From positions 22,148 through 86,147 of the forward strand of contig JBGSVI010000091.1 in NCBI GenBank assembly GCA_041753035.1: a stretch of 64,000 bases of DNA, written 5' to 3'. This document shows positions 37,470-46,514 of the stretch, one piece after another. Every line of letters starts with the position of its first letter. Within the stretch, counting starts at the first letter, position 1. The translations under genes and the position numbers were made by a program. Below the pieces are notes generated by a model, which worked only from the letters and a program-made list of their open reading frames with translations, was not told the origin of the DNA and did not search any database. This DNA is from Anaerolineales bacterium (lineage in GTDB: Bacteria; Chloroflexota; Anaerolineae; Anaerolineales; Villigracilaceae).

Positions 37470-38855
37470 ATGAACCTTTCCATTCTTTTTTCCATTGTAA
37501 AGATCATTGCGGTCATTGCCTACCTCTATGGCTTATTCTGGGTGATGGGAGTCAAGGTCAAACCGATCACCATCAAGGAGAAGAAAGTCGATCTGAGCCT
37601 GGCAGTCAACTCCTTAGGCGTGATAGTCGCATTTGGGATCATTCAGCTTGCTCTGACCAAATTTGGCGGCGTACAGATCCTGAACAACTTTGACAGCGGC
37701 CTGCTTTACCAGGCCTGCACCATGACCATGGTCGCCCTTGGGCTGAACCTCATCTATGGTTTCAATGGACAATTTAGCCTGGGGAAGTGGGGGTTCTATG
37801 GCATTGGCGCCTATGCGGCAGCGGATGTGACTTACCGCTGGACGAATGGCGATTCGGCCGGACTCGTCGTCCTGGGGATCGGCGTGATCCTGGCAGGTGT
37901 GGTCATCTGGGCGATCGGTAAGTTCACTTCCAACCTGCGGCGCATGCCGGTGCTTTCCTCGTTCACACTCTACCTGATCGGGGTGATCGCAGCCGGGTAT
38001 GTGGCGCTCATGGCAGGGAAAGTGATCGCTCCACTGATCAACCCAGCCCTTGGCACCAACTTGATTCCGGGTCCTCTGGCACAGGGAATCTGGCTGCAGG
38101 TGGTCTTCTTCCTGGCAGTAATCTTTGCCGGTGCGTTTGCGGCGATCGTGAGTTTCCTGTTCGGCCTTCCGGTGCTTTCGCTTGGGTCGGACTACTTCGG
38201 CATTGCCACGCTCGGTTTTACGATCGTGATCTATACCCTGATGGTCAATACGGATACACTCCTGCCGTTCCCGGAAATGCGCGGCGGGCGCGGTATGATC
38301 GGCATTCCCAAGCTGACGACCTGGTTCTGGGCATTCTTTTTCATGGTGCTGGTGATCATCATCATGCGGAACATCTTGCGCTCTTCACATGGTCGCTCCA
38401 TTATTTCTGTTCGTGAAGACGAAACTGCTGCACGCTCGATGGGAATCGATGTCGCTGGCACGAAATTGTTGTCCTTTGTGATCGGCTCATTCTTCGCCGG
38501 GCTGGGCGGAGGGGTGTATGCCCACTACATCGGCTTCCTGAGCCCGGGTGCCTTCGATTTCCTGGTTGGCTTCAACCCACTGATCATCATCGTTTTTGGC
38601 GGGCTGGGGAGCATGACCGGAACGATCACGGCTTCCTTTGGCTGGATCTTCTTCCTTGAAGGCCTGCTGCGCGAGGTGCTGGGCAAGATCAGCCCAGAAG
38701 CTCCTTCGTGGCGTTATGTGCTCTACCCGCTCACCCTTCTGGTGCTCATGCTCGTGCGTCCCCAAGGCTTGCTCGGCACCGTGGAATGGGGTTTCCTGAA
38801 GAGGGCTGTCATTCCCATGCGGAAAGAAAAAGCAGATGAAGGAGAAAAGGCATGA
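37470..38855 (+). CDS. livM: Branched-chain amino acid ABC transporter permease (LivM type)
   Basis: ATG at 37470. Blocks GLNLIYGF.GQFSLG and SMGIDV...KL.SFVIGSFFAGLGG. Confidence 0.85.
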   Translation: MNLSILFSIVKIIAVIAYLYGLFWVMGVKVKPITIKEKKVDLSLAVNSLGVIVAFGIIQLALTKFGGVQILNNFDSGLLYQACTMTMVALGLNLIYGFNGQFSLGKWGFYGIGAYAAADVTYRWTNGDSAGLVVLGIGVILAGVVIWAIGKFTSNLRRMPVLSSFTLYLIGVIAAGYVALMAGKVIAPLINPALGTNLIPGPLAQGIWLQVVFFLAVIFAGAFAAIVSFLFGLPVLSLGSDYFGIATLGFTIVIYTLMVNTDTLLPFPEMRGGRGMIGIPKLTTWFWAFFFMVLVIIIMRNILRSSHGRSIISVREDETAARSMGIDVAGTKLLSFVIGSFFAGLGGGVYAHYIGFLSPGAFDFLVGFNPLIIIVFGGLGSMTGTITASFGWIFFLEGLLREVLGKISPEAPSWRYVLYPLTLLVLMLVRPQGLLGTVEWGFLKRAVIPMRKEKADEGEKA

Positions 38856-39637
38856 ACACCACCAACGAAAAAACGCCTGTTCTTCAAGTCGAAGGGTTGA
38901 ACAAGTACTTCGGCGGCCTGCGAGCAGTAAATGATTTCAACATCGTAATCCACGAAGGTGACCTGGCTGGGCTGATCGGACCGAACGGTGCCGGGAAAAC
39001 AACGATCTTCAACCAGATCACAGGCATCTACCTCCCCACCAGCGGAACGATCAAGTTCTACGGGATCAACCTGGTCGGCTTCGAACCACATGAGATCACC
39101 CGGACCGGCATTGGACGTACGTTCCAGAATATCCGCCTGTTCAACAACCTGACCGTGCTGGATAATGTGCGCATTGCATTCCATGCCCAATGCGGGTATG
39201 GATTGTTCGACAGCATCAGTTCCTCACCCAAATTCGACCGGCGTGAGAATGAGATCGTCGAACAGGCGCAGGAACTGCTGGAGATCATGAAACTCTCCCG
39301 TTTCCAAAACGAGATCGCCCGGAACCTGCCTTATGGCGAGCAACGCCGGGTGGAAATCGCACGCGCGCTGGCTTGTGGGCCGCGCCTGCTCCTGCTGGAT
39401 GAACCAGCTGCAGGGATGAACCCCAAGGAAATCTCGCAACTGATGGAGTTGATCCACTTCGTCCGTGAAAAGTTCAAGCTCACGGTACTGCTGATCGAGC
39501 ACCAGATGCGCCTGGTGATGGGCATCTGTGAGCACATCACGGTGGTGGATTTTGGCGAGGTGATCGCCCGCGGCAACCCCAAAGAGATCCAGGACAATCC
39601 CAAAGTAGTTGAAGCTTATCTTGGAAAGGGAGCCTGA
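38852..39637 (+). CDS. livG: Branched-chain amino acid ABC transporter ATP-binding protein (LivG type)
   Basis: Walker A GPNGAGKTT, the signature LPYGEQRRVEIARAL and Walker B LLLLDEP. ATGA overlap with livM. Confidence 0.9.
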   Translation: MNTTNEKTPVLQVEGLNKYFGGLRAVNDFNIVIHEGDLAGLIGPNGAGKTTIFNQITGIYLPTSGTIKFYGINLVGFEPHEITRTGIGRTFQNIRLFNNLTVLDNVRIAFHAQCGYGLFDSISSSPKFDRRENEIVEQAQELLEIMKLSRFQNEIARNLPYGEQRRVEIARALACGPRLLLLDEPAAGMNPKEISQLMELIHFVREKFKLTVLLIEHQMRLVMGICEHITVVDFGEVIARGNPKEIQDNPKVVEAYLGKGA

Positions 39638-39638
39638 C

Positions 39639-40346
39639 ATGTTTCTTGAAGTAAAAGACCTCGATGTCTACTATGGCGCAATCCATGCATTGCACGGCAT
39701 CTCTTTCAATATCGAAGAAGGCGAGATCGTCACCCTGATCGGCGCGAACGGTGCAGGGAAATCCACGTCGCTGCGCACCATTTCCGGCATCCTGCGGCCG
39801 CGCTCGGGAACAGTGACCTTCCGGGGCGAAGATATCACCTTGACCCCCGCCGAAGAGATCGTACGCAAAGGAATCAGCCATGTTCCTGAAGGGCGCAAGA
39901 TCTTTGCCCCCCTCACTGTCAAGGAGAACCTGGAGATGGGGGCTTACATCATCAATGACAAGAGTGAGATCAACCGGTTGATGGAGCGCGTATTCAAATC
40001 CTTCCCGAGGCTCAAGGAACGCATCACTCAACTGGGTGGGACGCTCTCGGGTGGAGAACAGCAGATGCTGGCGACCGGGCGCGGATTGATGAGCAAACCA
40101 TCGCTGATCCTGCTCGATGAACCTTCCATGGGACTCAGCCCCATCCTGGTGCAAGAGATCTTCAGCATCATCAAGGAGATCAATGCACAGGGCACCAGCA
40201 TCCTGCTGGTGGAGCAGAATGCCCAGATCGCCCTCTCGGTGGCGCACCGCGCCTATGTGCTGGAGACAGGCAGTATCTTCCTCTCCGGTCCAGCCAAGGA
40301 AGTGGCTGAAAACCCCAAGGTCAAAGCGGCTTACCTGGGCATTTGA
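39639..40346 (+). CDS. livF: Branched-chain amino acid ABC transporter ATP-binding protein (LivF type)
   Basis: ATG at 39639, 1 nt after the livG stop. Walker A GANGAGKST, the signature LSGGEQQMLA and Walker B ILLDEP. Confidence 0.9.
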   Translation: MFLEVKDLDVYYGAIHALHGISFNIEEGEIVTLIGANGAGKSTSLRTISGILRPRSGTVTFRGEDITLTPAEEIVRKGISHVPEGRKIFAPLTVKENLEMGAYIINDKSEINRLMERVFKSFPRLKERITQLGGTLSGGEQQMLATGRGLMSKPSLILLDEPSMGLSPILVQEIFSIIKEINAQGTSILLVEQNAQIALSVAHRAYVLETGSIFLSGPAKEVAENPKVKAAYLGI

Positions 40347-40365
40347 TCCACGATCAATGAATTGG

Positions 40366-40395
40366 ATGGGCGAGGAAGTTTCCTCGCCCATTTTT
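40366..40395 (+). terminator. Rho-independent terminator after livF
   Basis: 11-bp stem ATGGGCGAGGA/TCCTCGCCCAT with a 4-nt loop, followed by TTTTT. Confidence 0.75.
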
Positions 40396-40439
40396 AATAT
40401 GTAGCGGTAGAATCCAGTATCGAAACTAGAGACTGACCG

Positions 40440-40964
40440 ATGCGCCTCTTAACCCTTTTACTTGCATCCATGATCCTGCTGTTCTGTGCCTGCTCACCTG
40501 TTTATTCCAGATGTTCAGATCCACTGGGCTGCGTGAGGATCGGACAGGGAGAGCCGCTCACCATCGGGGTGATCGTTGCCACCCAGGGAGAATTTGCCAC
40601 GCAAGGAGTGGAAGAGCTGGAAATGGCTCGGGCAGTAGCAGGAGAAGATGTGCTTGGACATGATGTCAACCTGATCGAGGAAAGTAGTGACTGCAGTGAG
40701 AGAAGTTTCCTGATTGCGGCCACCTCCCTCGTCCAGGAGGCAGACCTGCTGGCAGTGGTCGGGCCGGATTGCCCGGGATCCACAAGCGTACTTGAAGGTG
40801 TGCTGGGAGACGCAGGCATTCCATTCATTCCTCCGATCCCGGATGCGAAGAGCGCAATCATGCTTCTATTGCAGGGGATCGATCAAGCAGCCAGACTGCA
40901 GAACGATCACAGCCTGGACATACCGGTCACAGCCTTGCAACTAGCCCTGGAGACAGAACCATGA
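40440..40964 (+). CDS. Lipoprotein resembling a shortened Leu/Ile/Val-binding-protein (only N-lobe-like segment)
   Basis: 174 aa with a lipobox-like LFCAC. The segment LTIGVIVATQGEF...LLAVVGPDCPGST...GIPFI resembles the first ~130 aa of type I SBPs, but the rest of the fold is missing. Confidence 0.55.
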   Translation: MRLLTLLLASMILLFCACSPVYSRCSDPLGCVRIGQGEPLTIGVIVATQGEFATQGVEELEMARAVAGEDVLGHDVNLIEESSDCSERSFLIAATSLVQEADLLAVVGPDCPGSTSVLEGVLGDAGIPFIPPIPDAKSAIMLLLQGIDQAARLQNDHSLDIPVTALQLALETEP

Positions 40965-42109
40965 CCACCGCTGAGATCATCACCATTGGTACAGAACTTC
41001 TGCTGGGTGAAACCGCCGACACCAATACCGGGGTGATCGCCCGCACTTTGCGCGACCTGGGTGTGAACTTGTACCGTTCCCAGACTATCGGGGATAACGC
41101 TGCCCGTATCGCCAACCTACTGCGAGAAGCCCTTGGACGAGCAGACTTCGTCATCACCACCGGCGGGTTGGGTCCCACCGTGGATGATCCCACACGGGAA
41201 GCAGCTGCCTCGGCTGCAGGAGTCTTCCTGGAATACCGACCGGAATTATGGGAACAGGTCAAGGCAACCATCGCCCGCTATGGACGCACTCCCACAGAGA
41301 ACCAGAAACGACAGGCTTACCTGCCCCAATTCGCCATTGCGATCGATAACCCCGTCGGCACAGCTCCAGCATTCATCGTAGAAAGCGGAGAGAAAGCCCT
41401 GGTCTGCCTGCCAGGCGTGCCGAGAGAAATGGAAACCCTGCTGAGGGAGAGCGTGGTCCCCTACCTGCAGAAACGGTTTGCACTAACCGAGGTCATCCGG
41501 GTGCGCAACCTGCAGGTCAGCGGCGTGGGAGAGGGTGCCCTGGATGACCGCATCGGGGATCTGGAGACCCTCGCCAATCCCACCGTAGGGTTGAGCGCCC
41601 ATTCCGGTATCGTGACCATCCGCATCACCGCCAAGGCTGGGAGCAGCCCTGAAGCAAATGAGATGATCGGTCAGGTGGAAGCAGACCTGCGCGGCCGGTT
41701 GGGAGAGGATATCTTTGGAGCAGATAATGACACGCTGGAGGATGCGGCGCTACGGGCAGTTTCCCAGCAAGGTTGGAACCTGGTTTGCGTGGAGATCAAT
41801 ACCGGAGGCATGCTCAAACGACGCTTGGAAAGAAGCCGAAACCCTGTCTTCTTGGGTGGTGATATCTGCTCCAACCCGGATATGAATCTGGAACAGATAC
41901 TGAAAGAAACCAGGCACGAGAAGGGCGCCCTGGCTGCCCTGGGAGTTGCGGTGTTCCCAAGAGAGATGGTCGCTGAACTGACTTTAATCACCCCCCAGGG
42001 GATTGAAAATCGCCACCTAGCCTACGGCGGGCATCCAGGCAACCTATCGCGCTGGGCGGTCAACCTGGGGCTTGACTGGCTGCGGCGCAGCGGATCGAAT
42101 GGAAAATAA
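40961..42109 (+). CDS. cinA: CinA-family protein (MoCF-binding N-domain; degenerate C-terminal PncC-like domain)
   Basis: 382 aa. The N-terminus is AEIITIGTELLLGE..DTN...IAR.L..LG and ITTGGLGPTVDD. The C-terminal motif reads VEINTGGML instead of the usual AESCTGG. Confidence 0.8.
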   Translation: MTTAEIITIGTELLLGETADTNTGVIARTLRDLGVNLYRSQTIGDNAARIANLLREALGRADFVITTGGLGPTVDDPTREAAASAAGVFLEYRPELWEQVKATIARYGRTPTENQKRQAYLPQFAIAIDNPVGTAPAFIVESGEKALVCLPGVPREMETLLRESVVPYLQKRFALTEVIRVRNLQVSGVGEGALDDRIGDLETLANPTVGLSAHSGIVTIRITAKAGSSPEANEMIGQVEADLRGRLGEDIFGADNDTLEDAALRAVSQQGWNLVCVEINTGGMLKRRLERSRNPVFLGGDICSNPDMNLEQILKETRHEKGALAALGVAVFPREMVAELTLITPQGIENRHLAYGGHPGNLSRWAVNLGLDWLRRSGSNGK

Positions 42110-43097
42110 AGTGCACACCCAGAAGTTGAAACACTTGGTAATCGGTTTCTGGCTGGCCAACCTGGTGATGGCAATCCTTCTGATCAGCGCTTGGATGGTC
42201 ACCTCCGTAGAGCCGGTGAAAGCAATCTTCTTTTCACCAACTTTTCCCCCCAGCCTGACAAGCAGCCACACGCCAAGTCCCACCTTTTCCCCAACTACCA
42301 CAGCGACTGCCACGCCACAACCATCGCAGACCCGAACTGCAACAGCATCCCCAACGGCAAGCCTGACCCCAACCAGCACGCTCACCCCGATCCCATTCAG
42401 CGAGGGACCGATCGTGATCGGGTTATCAGTACAGGAACGCCCACTGGAGGTGTACCGTTTTGGGAATGGTCCTTCGGAACGACTGATCGTCGCCGGGATG
42501 CACGGTGGAAACGAATATAATACGATCCAACTGGCAGATGAATTGATGACCCACATTCTTGCCCACCCGGAGGTAATCCCCACCGAGGTGACCCTGTACA
42601 TCCTGCGCAACCTGAACCCGGACGGTGAAGCGCGTGCGCACAATGACCTTGGGCGAGCGAATGCCAACAATGTTGATCTGAACCGCAACTGGGATGCCAA
42701 CTGGCAAAAGGATTGGCCGCGGCAGAACTGCTGGACCAACACTTACGTCAGCGGAGGGAGCAGACCCAACTCTGAGCCAGAGACGAAGGCACTGGCAGCG
42801 TTCATCCTGGAGCACAATATTGAGGCGATCATCAATTACCACAGCGCAGCCCTGGGGATCTTTCCCGGAGGCCTGCCGGCAGAAGAAAGCACTCTGCGTT
42901 TTGCGCAGGCGATCGCAGACGTGACCACCTATCCCTATCCTCCGGTGAATGTCGGCTGCCTGTATACCGGCGGATTCACCGATTGGGCCGATGAGCATGG
43001 CATCCCATCCCTGGATGTGGAACTGACGAACCATACCGATACCGACTTCGAAATGAACCTGCGAGTCCTGGAAGTGCTTGTCACCTGGAAGCCATAA
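42099..43097 (+). CDS. Membrane-anchored M14-family zinc carboxypeptidase
   Basis: The ATG at 42099 overlaps the cinA end by 11 nt. N-terminal TM helix, a Ser/Thr/Pro-rich linker, then GMHGGNE, VDLNRNW and INYHS zinc/catalytic blocks. Confidence 0.8.
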   Translation: MENKVHTQKLKHLVIGFWLANLVMAILLISAWMVTSVEPVKAIFFSPTFPPSLTSSHTPSPTFSPTTTATATPQPSQTRTATASPTASLTPTSTLTPIPFSEGPIVIGLSVQERPLEVYRFGNGPSERLIVAGMHGGNEYNTIQLADELMTHILAHPEVIPTEVTLYILRNLNPDGEARAHNDLGRANANNVDLNRNWDANWQKDWPRQNCWTNTYVSGGSRPNSEPETKALAAFILEHNIEAIINYHSAALGIFPGGLPAEESTLRFAQAIADVTTYPYPPVNVGCLYTGGFTDWADEHGIPSLDVELTNHTDTDFEMNLRVLEVLVTWKP

Positions 43098-43105
43098 GGA
43101 GACCC

Positions 43106-45100
43106 ATGAAAAAAAACGTTGACAACCTGCTCCATAACGCCTTGGTTCTGACCATGGACGAGGAAATGCACCAGTACGAATGCGGCGGCATCGCAGTACT
43201 CGGCAACGAGATCGTCGCAATTGGTGATAGTGCGGAGATCCGAGCCGCCTATACGGGAAAACAGGAACTGGATTGCGGGGGAAAGGTGCTGATGCCCGGC
43301 CTGATTAACGCCCATACGCATGTGCCAATGACCCTGATGCGCGGCCTGGCAGATGACTTGCGCCTGGATGTGTGGCTCCAGGGGTACATGTGGCCGGTGG
43401 AGAGGGAATTCGTCTCCCCTGATTTCGTCCGCCTGGGAACACAACTAGCCTGCGCAGAGATGATCCGTGGCGGTGTCACCTGCTTTGCAGATATGTATTT
43501 CTTCGAGGATGTGGTGGCAAGAACCACAGCAGAAGCCGGGATGAGAGCAGTCTGTTCGCAGACAGTGCTTAAATTCCCATCCCCTGATGCAATATCATTT
43601 GAAGATTCACTCGCTGCAGCACGCGAGTATATCCAGCGCTGGAAGGGCCATGAATTGATCGTGCCCTCGGTGGCACCACATGCTCCCTATACCTGCACGC
43701 CCGAGATCCTGCGTCAGACCGCACAATTGGCAGCCGAGTTCGATGTCCCTCTGCATACCCACCTGGCAGAAACCACCCTGGAGGTGGAAAACATGCGCCA
43801 CGAGGTGGGTATGCCGGTGATCCCCTATGTCAAGAAACAAGGCTTGTTCGAGGCAAAGGTGCTGGCCGCCCACTGTGTTCATGTTGATGAGGGCGAGATG
43901 CGCACCCTGCTGCATGCCGGTTCCGGCGTGGCGCACAACCCATCCTCCAACCTCAAGCTTGCCTCCGGTTTCGCCCCGGTGCAAAAGATGCTGGATATCG
44001 GACTCAACGTAGGGATCGGTACTGACGGAACGGCGTCCAACAATGACCTGGATATGTTCGAAGAGGTGCGCCTGGCAGCCTTCGTTGCCAAGGCAGTGTG
44101 TAACGACCCGACTGCAGTCCCAGCATCACAGGCCCTGTCGATGGCTACGCGGATAGGCGCTGGTGCGCTGCATATCGCCGACCTGGCTGGCTCGCTGATA
44201 CCGGGGAAACGCGCCGACCTGATCCTGGTGGATATCCACCCGCTGCATAATTCGCCGCACTTCCGCAGGGACCCGGATAACACCTATGCTCAATTGGTCT
44301 ATGCAGCAAAAGCCTCAGATGTGACCGACGTGATGGTCAACGGCAAATGGTTAATGACTGCCAGAAACCTGCTCACCTTGAACGAGGATCTATTGCGTCA
44401 GGAAGCCCAGGAAATTGCCCGGCGGATGGACATCTTCCTGATCGAACGGGAGCAGTCTGTCTTCTCCAAATTGATCGCCCTGGGCGGCTCGGCGGAAGAG
44501 GAATCCTTTGAGGTGCAGGTGAAGGTGAAACTGGATGCACCAGAGAGGGTGCTTGCAGCGATCAAAGATCCTAGCATCAAGGTGCTGCGCGAACGCCATT
44601 ACCACCAGCATGATGTTTACTTCCACTTTGAAGACCAGTCCCAAGGTTGGCTGCGCTACCGGGAAGATGAGAGCGTTGATGAGAAGGAGCGCATCACTGG
44701 CGTGCGCGCCCGGTTGACCCTGATCGGCCCAGCCAGGGAGGGCGATTTTGCCCATGATGTGCTGCTTTCACGCATCCGCTATTTTGCCCCCGCAACGAAC
44801 AGCCTGCGCTTCTACCGCGAATACTTCAAGCCGAGCAGCGAGATCCCAATCGAAAAAAACCGCCTGCGCTGGATGATCCTTTACAAGAGTGAGGAATTTT
44901 TCATCAATCTCGACCAGGTGGAGACACCGGAATTGGGCTGTTTTCTGGAGGTCAAGAGCCGCACCTGGAGCCGCCGGGATGCGGAAGAAAAAGCTGCCTG
45001 CACGACAGAATTGATCCTGCTCCTGGGGGGATCTCTGGAACGCACGATCACTCAGGATTACGTGGAGATCGCTGAACATCGATTGAAGGATGCATCTTGA
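43106..45100 (+). CDS. 5-methylthioadenosine/S-adenosylhomocysteine deaminase-like amidohydrolase fused to a C-terminal CYTH (class IV adenylate cyclase/triphosphate tunnel) domain
   Basis: 664 aa. Residues 1-~440 carry MPGLINAHTHVPM, HTHLAET and GTDG.ASNN blocks of the MtaD/TM0936 family. Residues ~466-664 carry CYTH-like blocks (EVQVKVK, WLRYRED, INLDQVETPELGCFLEVKSR). Confidence 0.85.
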   Translation: MKKNVDNLLHNALVLTMDEEMHQYECGGIAVLGNEIVAIGDSAEIRAAYTGKQELDCGGKVLMPGLINAHTHVPMTLMRGLADDLRLDVWLQGYMWPVEREFVSPDFVRLGTQLACAEMIRGGVTCFADMYFFEDVVARTTAEAGMRAVCSQTVLKFPSPDAISFEDSLAAAREYIQRWKGHELIVPSVAPHAPYTCTPEILRQTAQLAAEFDVPLHTHLAETTLEVENMRHEVGMPVIPYVKKQGLFEAKVLAAHCVHVDEGEMRTLLHAGSGVAHNPSSNLKLASGFAPVQKMLDIGLNVGIGTDGTASNNDLDMFEEVRLAAFVAKAVCNDPTAVPASQALSMATRIGAGALHIADLAGSLIPGKRADLILVDIHPLHNSPHFRRDPDNTYAQLVYAAKASDVTDVMVNGKWLMTARNLLTLNEDLLRQEAQEIARRMDIFLIEREQSVFSKLIALGGSAEEESFEVQVKVKLDAPERVLAAIKDPSIKVLRERHYHQHDVYFHFEDQSQGWLRYREDESVDEKERITGVRARLTLIGPAREGDFAHDVLLSRIRYFAPATNSLRFYREYFKPSSEIPIEKNRLRWMILYKSEEFFINLDQVETPELGCFLEVKSRTWSRRDAEEKAACTTELILLLGGSLERTITQDYVEIAEHRLKDAS

Positions 45101-45152
45101 TCTCATCTGAACACAGGCATACTCAACTCAGTATCAGTAATTGGAGGTTGGC

Positions 45153-46451
45153 ATGAAGAAATTCCTGACTGTTGTGGGAAAGTTGCTGGCTGGTATCTCG
45201 GCAGTTCTGTTCGTGATCACAGCAGTGGCAACCCTGCTGCTGGCAAACCTGGAGAGCCAGCTGTTCAATATGAATCTTTACAAAACCGCCCTGCTGGAGA
45301 TGAATGTCTACGAAAAAATGCCGGGGTTGTTTGGGCGAATATTGATCACGAGCATGTCGTACAACCCGTGCGAGCAGAACCCGGTCACCTGTGAGGACAT
45401 TCCGTCCCAGCTGCACCAATGTTACCTGCAGGTGCTTGGCAGTGAGCGCTACGCGGTGCTTGCCAGCCAACAGGAGGAGCCCACAGAAGCAGAGAAGCAA
45501 GCCATCCAGGTCTGTCTCAATCAATTCGAACAAGCCCCCTCACAGGGAGAACAAGGGGAGGGTGAACAAGGTGGGATGCCCGACTATTTCAAGAACCTGG
45601 ATGAAGAGGACTGGCAAGCTTTGATGGCGATCATTCTGCCGCCCGAAGTGATGCAGACGATTAGTGAATCAGCGCTGGACGGGTTTGAGGCCTATCTTGA
45701 AGGCAAGGTGGATGCGGTCACGATATCCCTGCTTCCATTAAAAGACCGATTATCCGGCCCAGCAGGAATTGCAGCCGTCAAGCAACTGCTGCTGGCGCAA
45801 CCAGCCTGCACACTGGATGAGTTGGCCAGATTACTCGGCGGGGAACTAGCCCTGTGCAACCCGGGAGAGATGGAATTGGATTTCATCCTGCCACTTTTCC
45901 AAGAGGCGATCGATACCCTGCTGGGCGAAGCCATCCCGAATACTGCCACCTTGATCCAGCCAGCCTCAGCACGCCCTCCGAGCAACAACCCCGGACCGTT
46001 CGGACTCAATGACGATCCGCAGAAAGCGATTCAGGTCGTACGTTTTGTGCTGCGGGTAAGCCTGCTGCTACCGATACTGTTCCTGTTCCTGCTAACCATC
46101 TTTGCCGTTCGGTCGCTTAAGGGCTGGCTGCGTTGGTGGGGAATCCCGTTCTTCTTCTCAGGGTCGATCGCACTGGGGTTGGGGATGGCTGCAGAGCCAC
46201 TGTTGAACAGAGCATGGAATCAATATATCTTCCCGCGCTTCCCAGCCTATCTGCCTGCTGAGCTTGCCAGCCTGGGACACGATCTACTCGCCTACATTGC
46301 GCATGCACTGACCGAACGGGTCGTTCTGCAGGCACTGTTGCTGCTCATGGTTGGCCTGGCAGCCTGGGTGCTCTCCTATTTCTTGAAATCACGGAAAACT
46401 GATAAGGCGTCCCAAGGGAAAACTACCCCAGAACCCAACACACCTGGCTGA
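45153..46451 (+). CDS. Hypothetical membrane protein (N-terminal TM, acidic/Cys-containing ectodomain, C-terminal TM bundle)
   Basis: 432 aa from the ATG at 45153, preceded by GGAGG. No family recognised. Confidence 0.55.
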   Translation: MKKFLTVVGKLLAGISAVLFVITAVATLLLANLESQLFNMNLYKTALLEMNVYEKMPGLFGRILITSMSYNPCEQNPVTCEDIPSQLHQCYLQVLGSERYAVLASQQEEPTEAEKQAIQVCLNQFEQAPSQGEQGEGEQGGMPDYFKNLDEEDWQALMAIILPPEVMQTISESALDGFEAYLEGKVDAVTISLLPLKDRLSGPAGIAAVKQLLLAQPACTLDELARLLGGELALCNPGEMELDFILPLFQEAIDTLLGEAIPNTATLIQPASARPPSNNPGPFGLNDDPQKAIQVVRFVLRVSLLLPILFLFLLTIFAVRSLKGWLRWWGIPFFFSGSIALGLGMAAEPLLNRAWNQYIFPRFPAYLPAELASLGHDLLAYIAHALTERVVLQALLLLMVGLAAWVLSYFLKSRKTDKASQGKTTPEPNTPG

Positions 46452-46474
46452 AAGACATTCAGCATCGTATGTTC

Positions 46475-46514
46475 ATAATTGCCCTCGTTTTAATCAGCGA
46501 GGGCAATTATTTTG
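46475..46514 (+). terminator. Rho-independent terminator for the 45153-46451 gene, overlapping the 3' end of convergent mltG
   Basis: Perfect 13-bp stem ATAATTGCCCTCG/CGAGGGCAATTAT with a 10-nt loop, followed by TTTT. The distal arm lies inside the last mltG codons. Confidence 0.65.

Noticed and set aside
42240-42400. A repetitive-looking tract (acc/cca/agc rich) that might be a tandem repeat or spacer array.
   Set aside because: It translates in frame into a Ser/Thr/Pro-rich linker (SPTFPPSLTSSHTPSPTFSPTTTATATPQPSQTRTATASPTASLTPTSTLTP) between the TM anchor and the M14 catalytic domain. It is low complexity with no unit periodicity and no CRISPR-like repeats.
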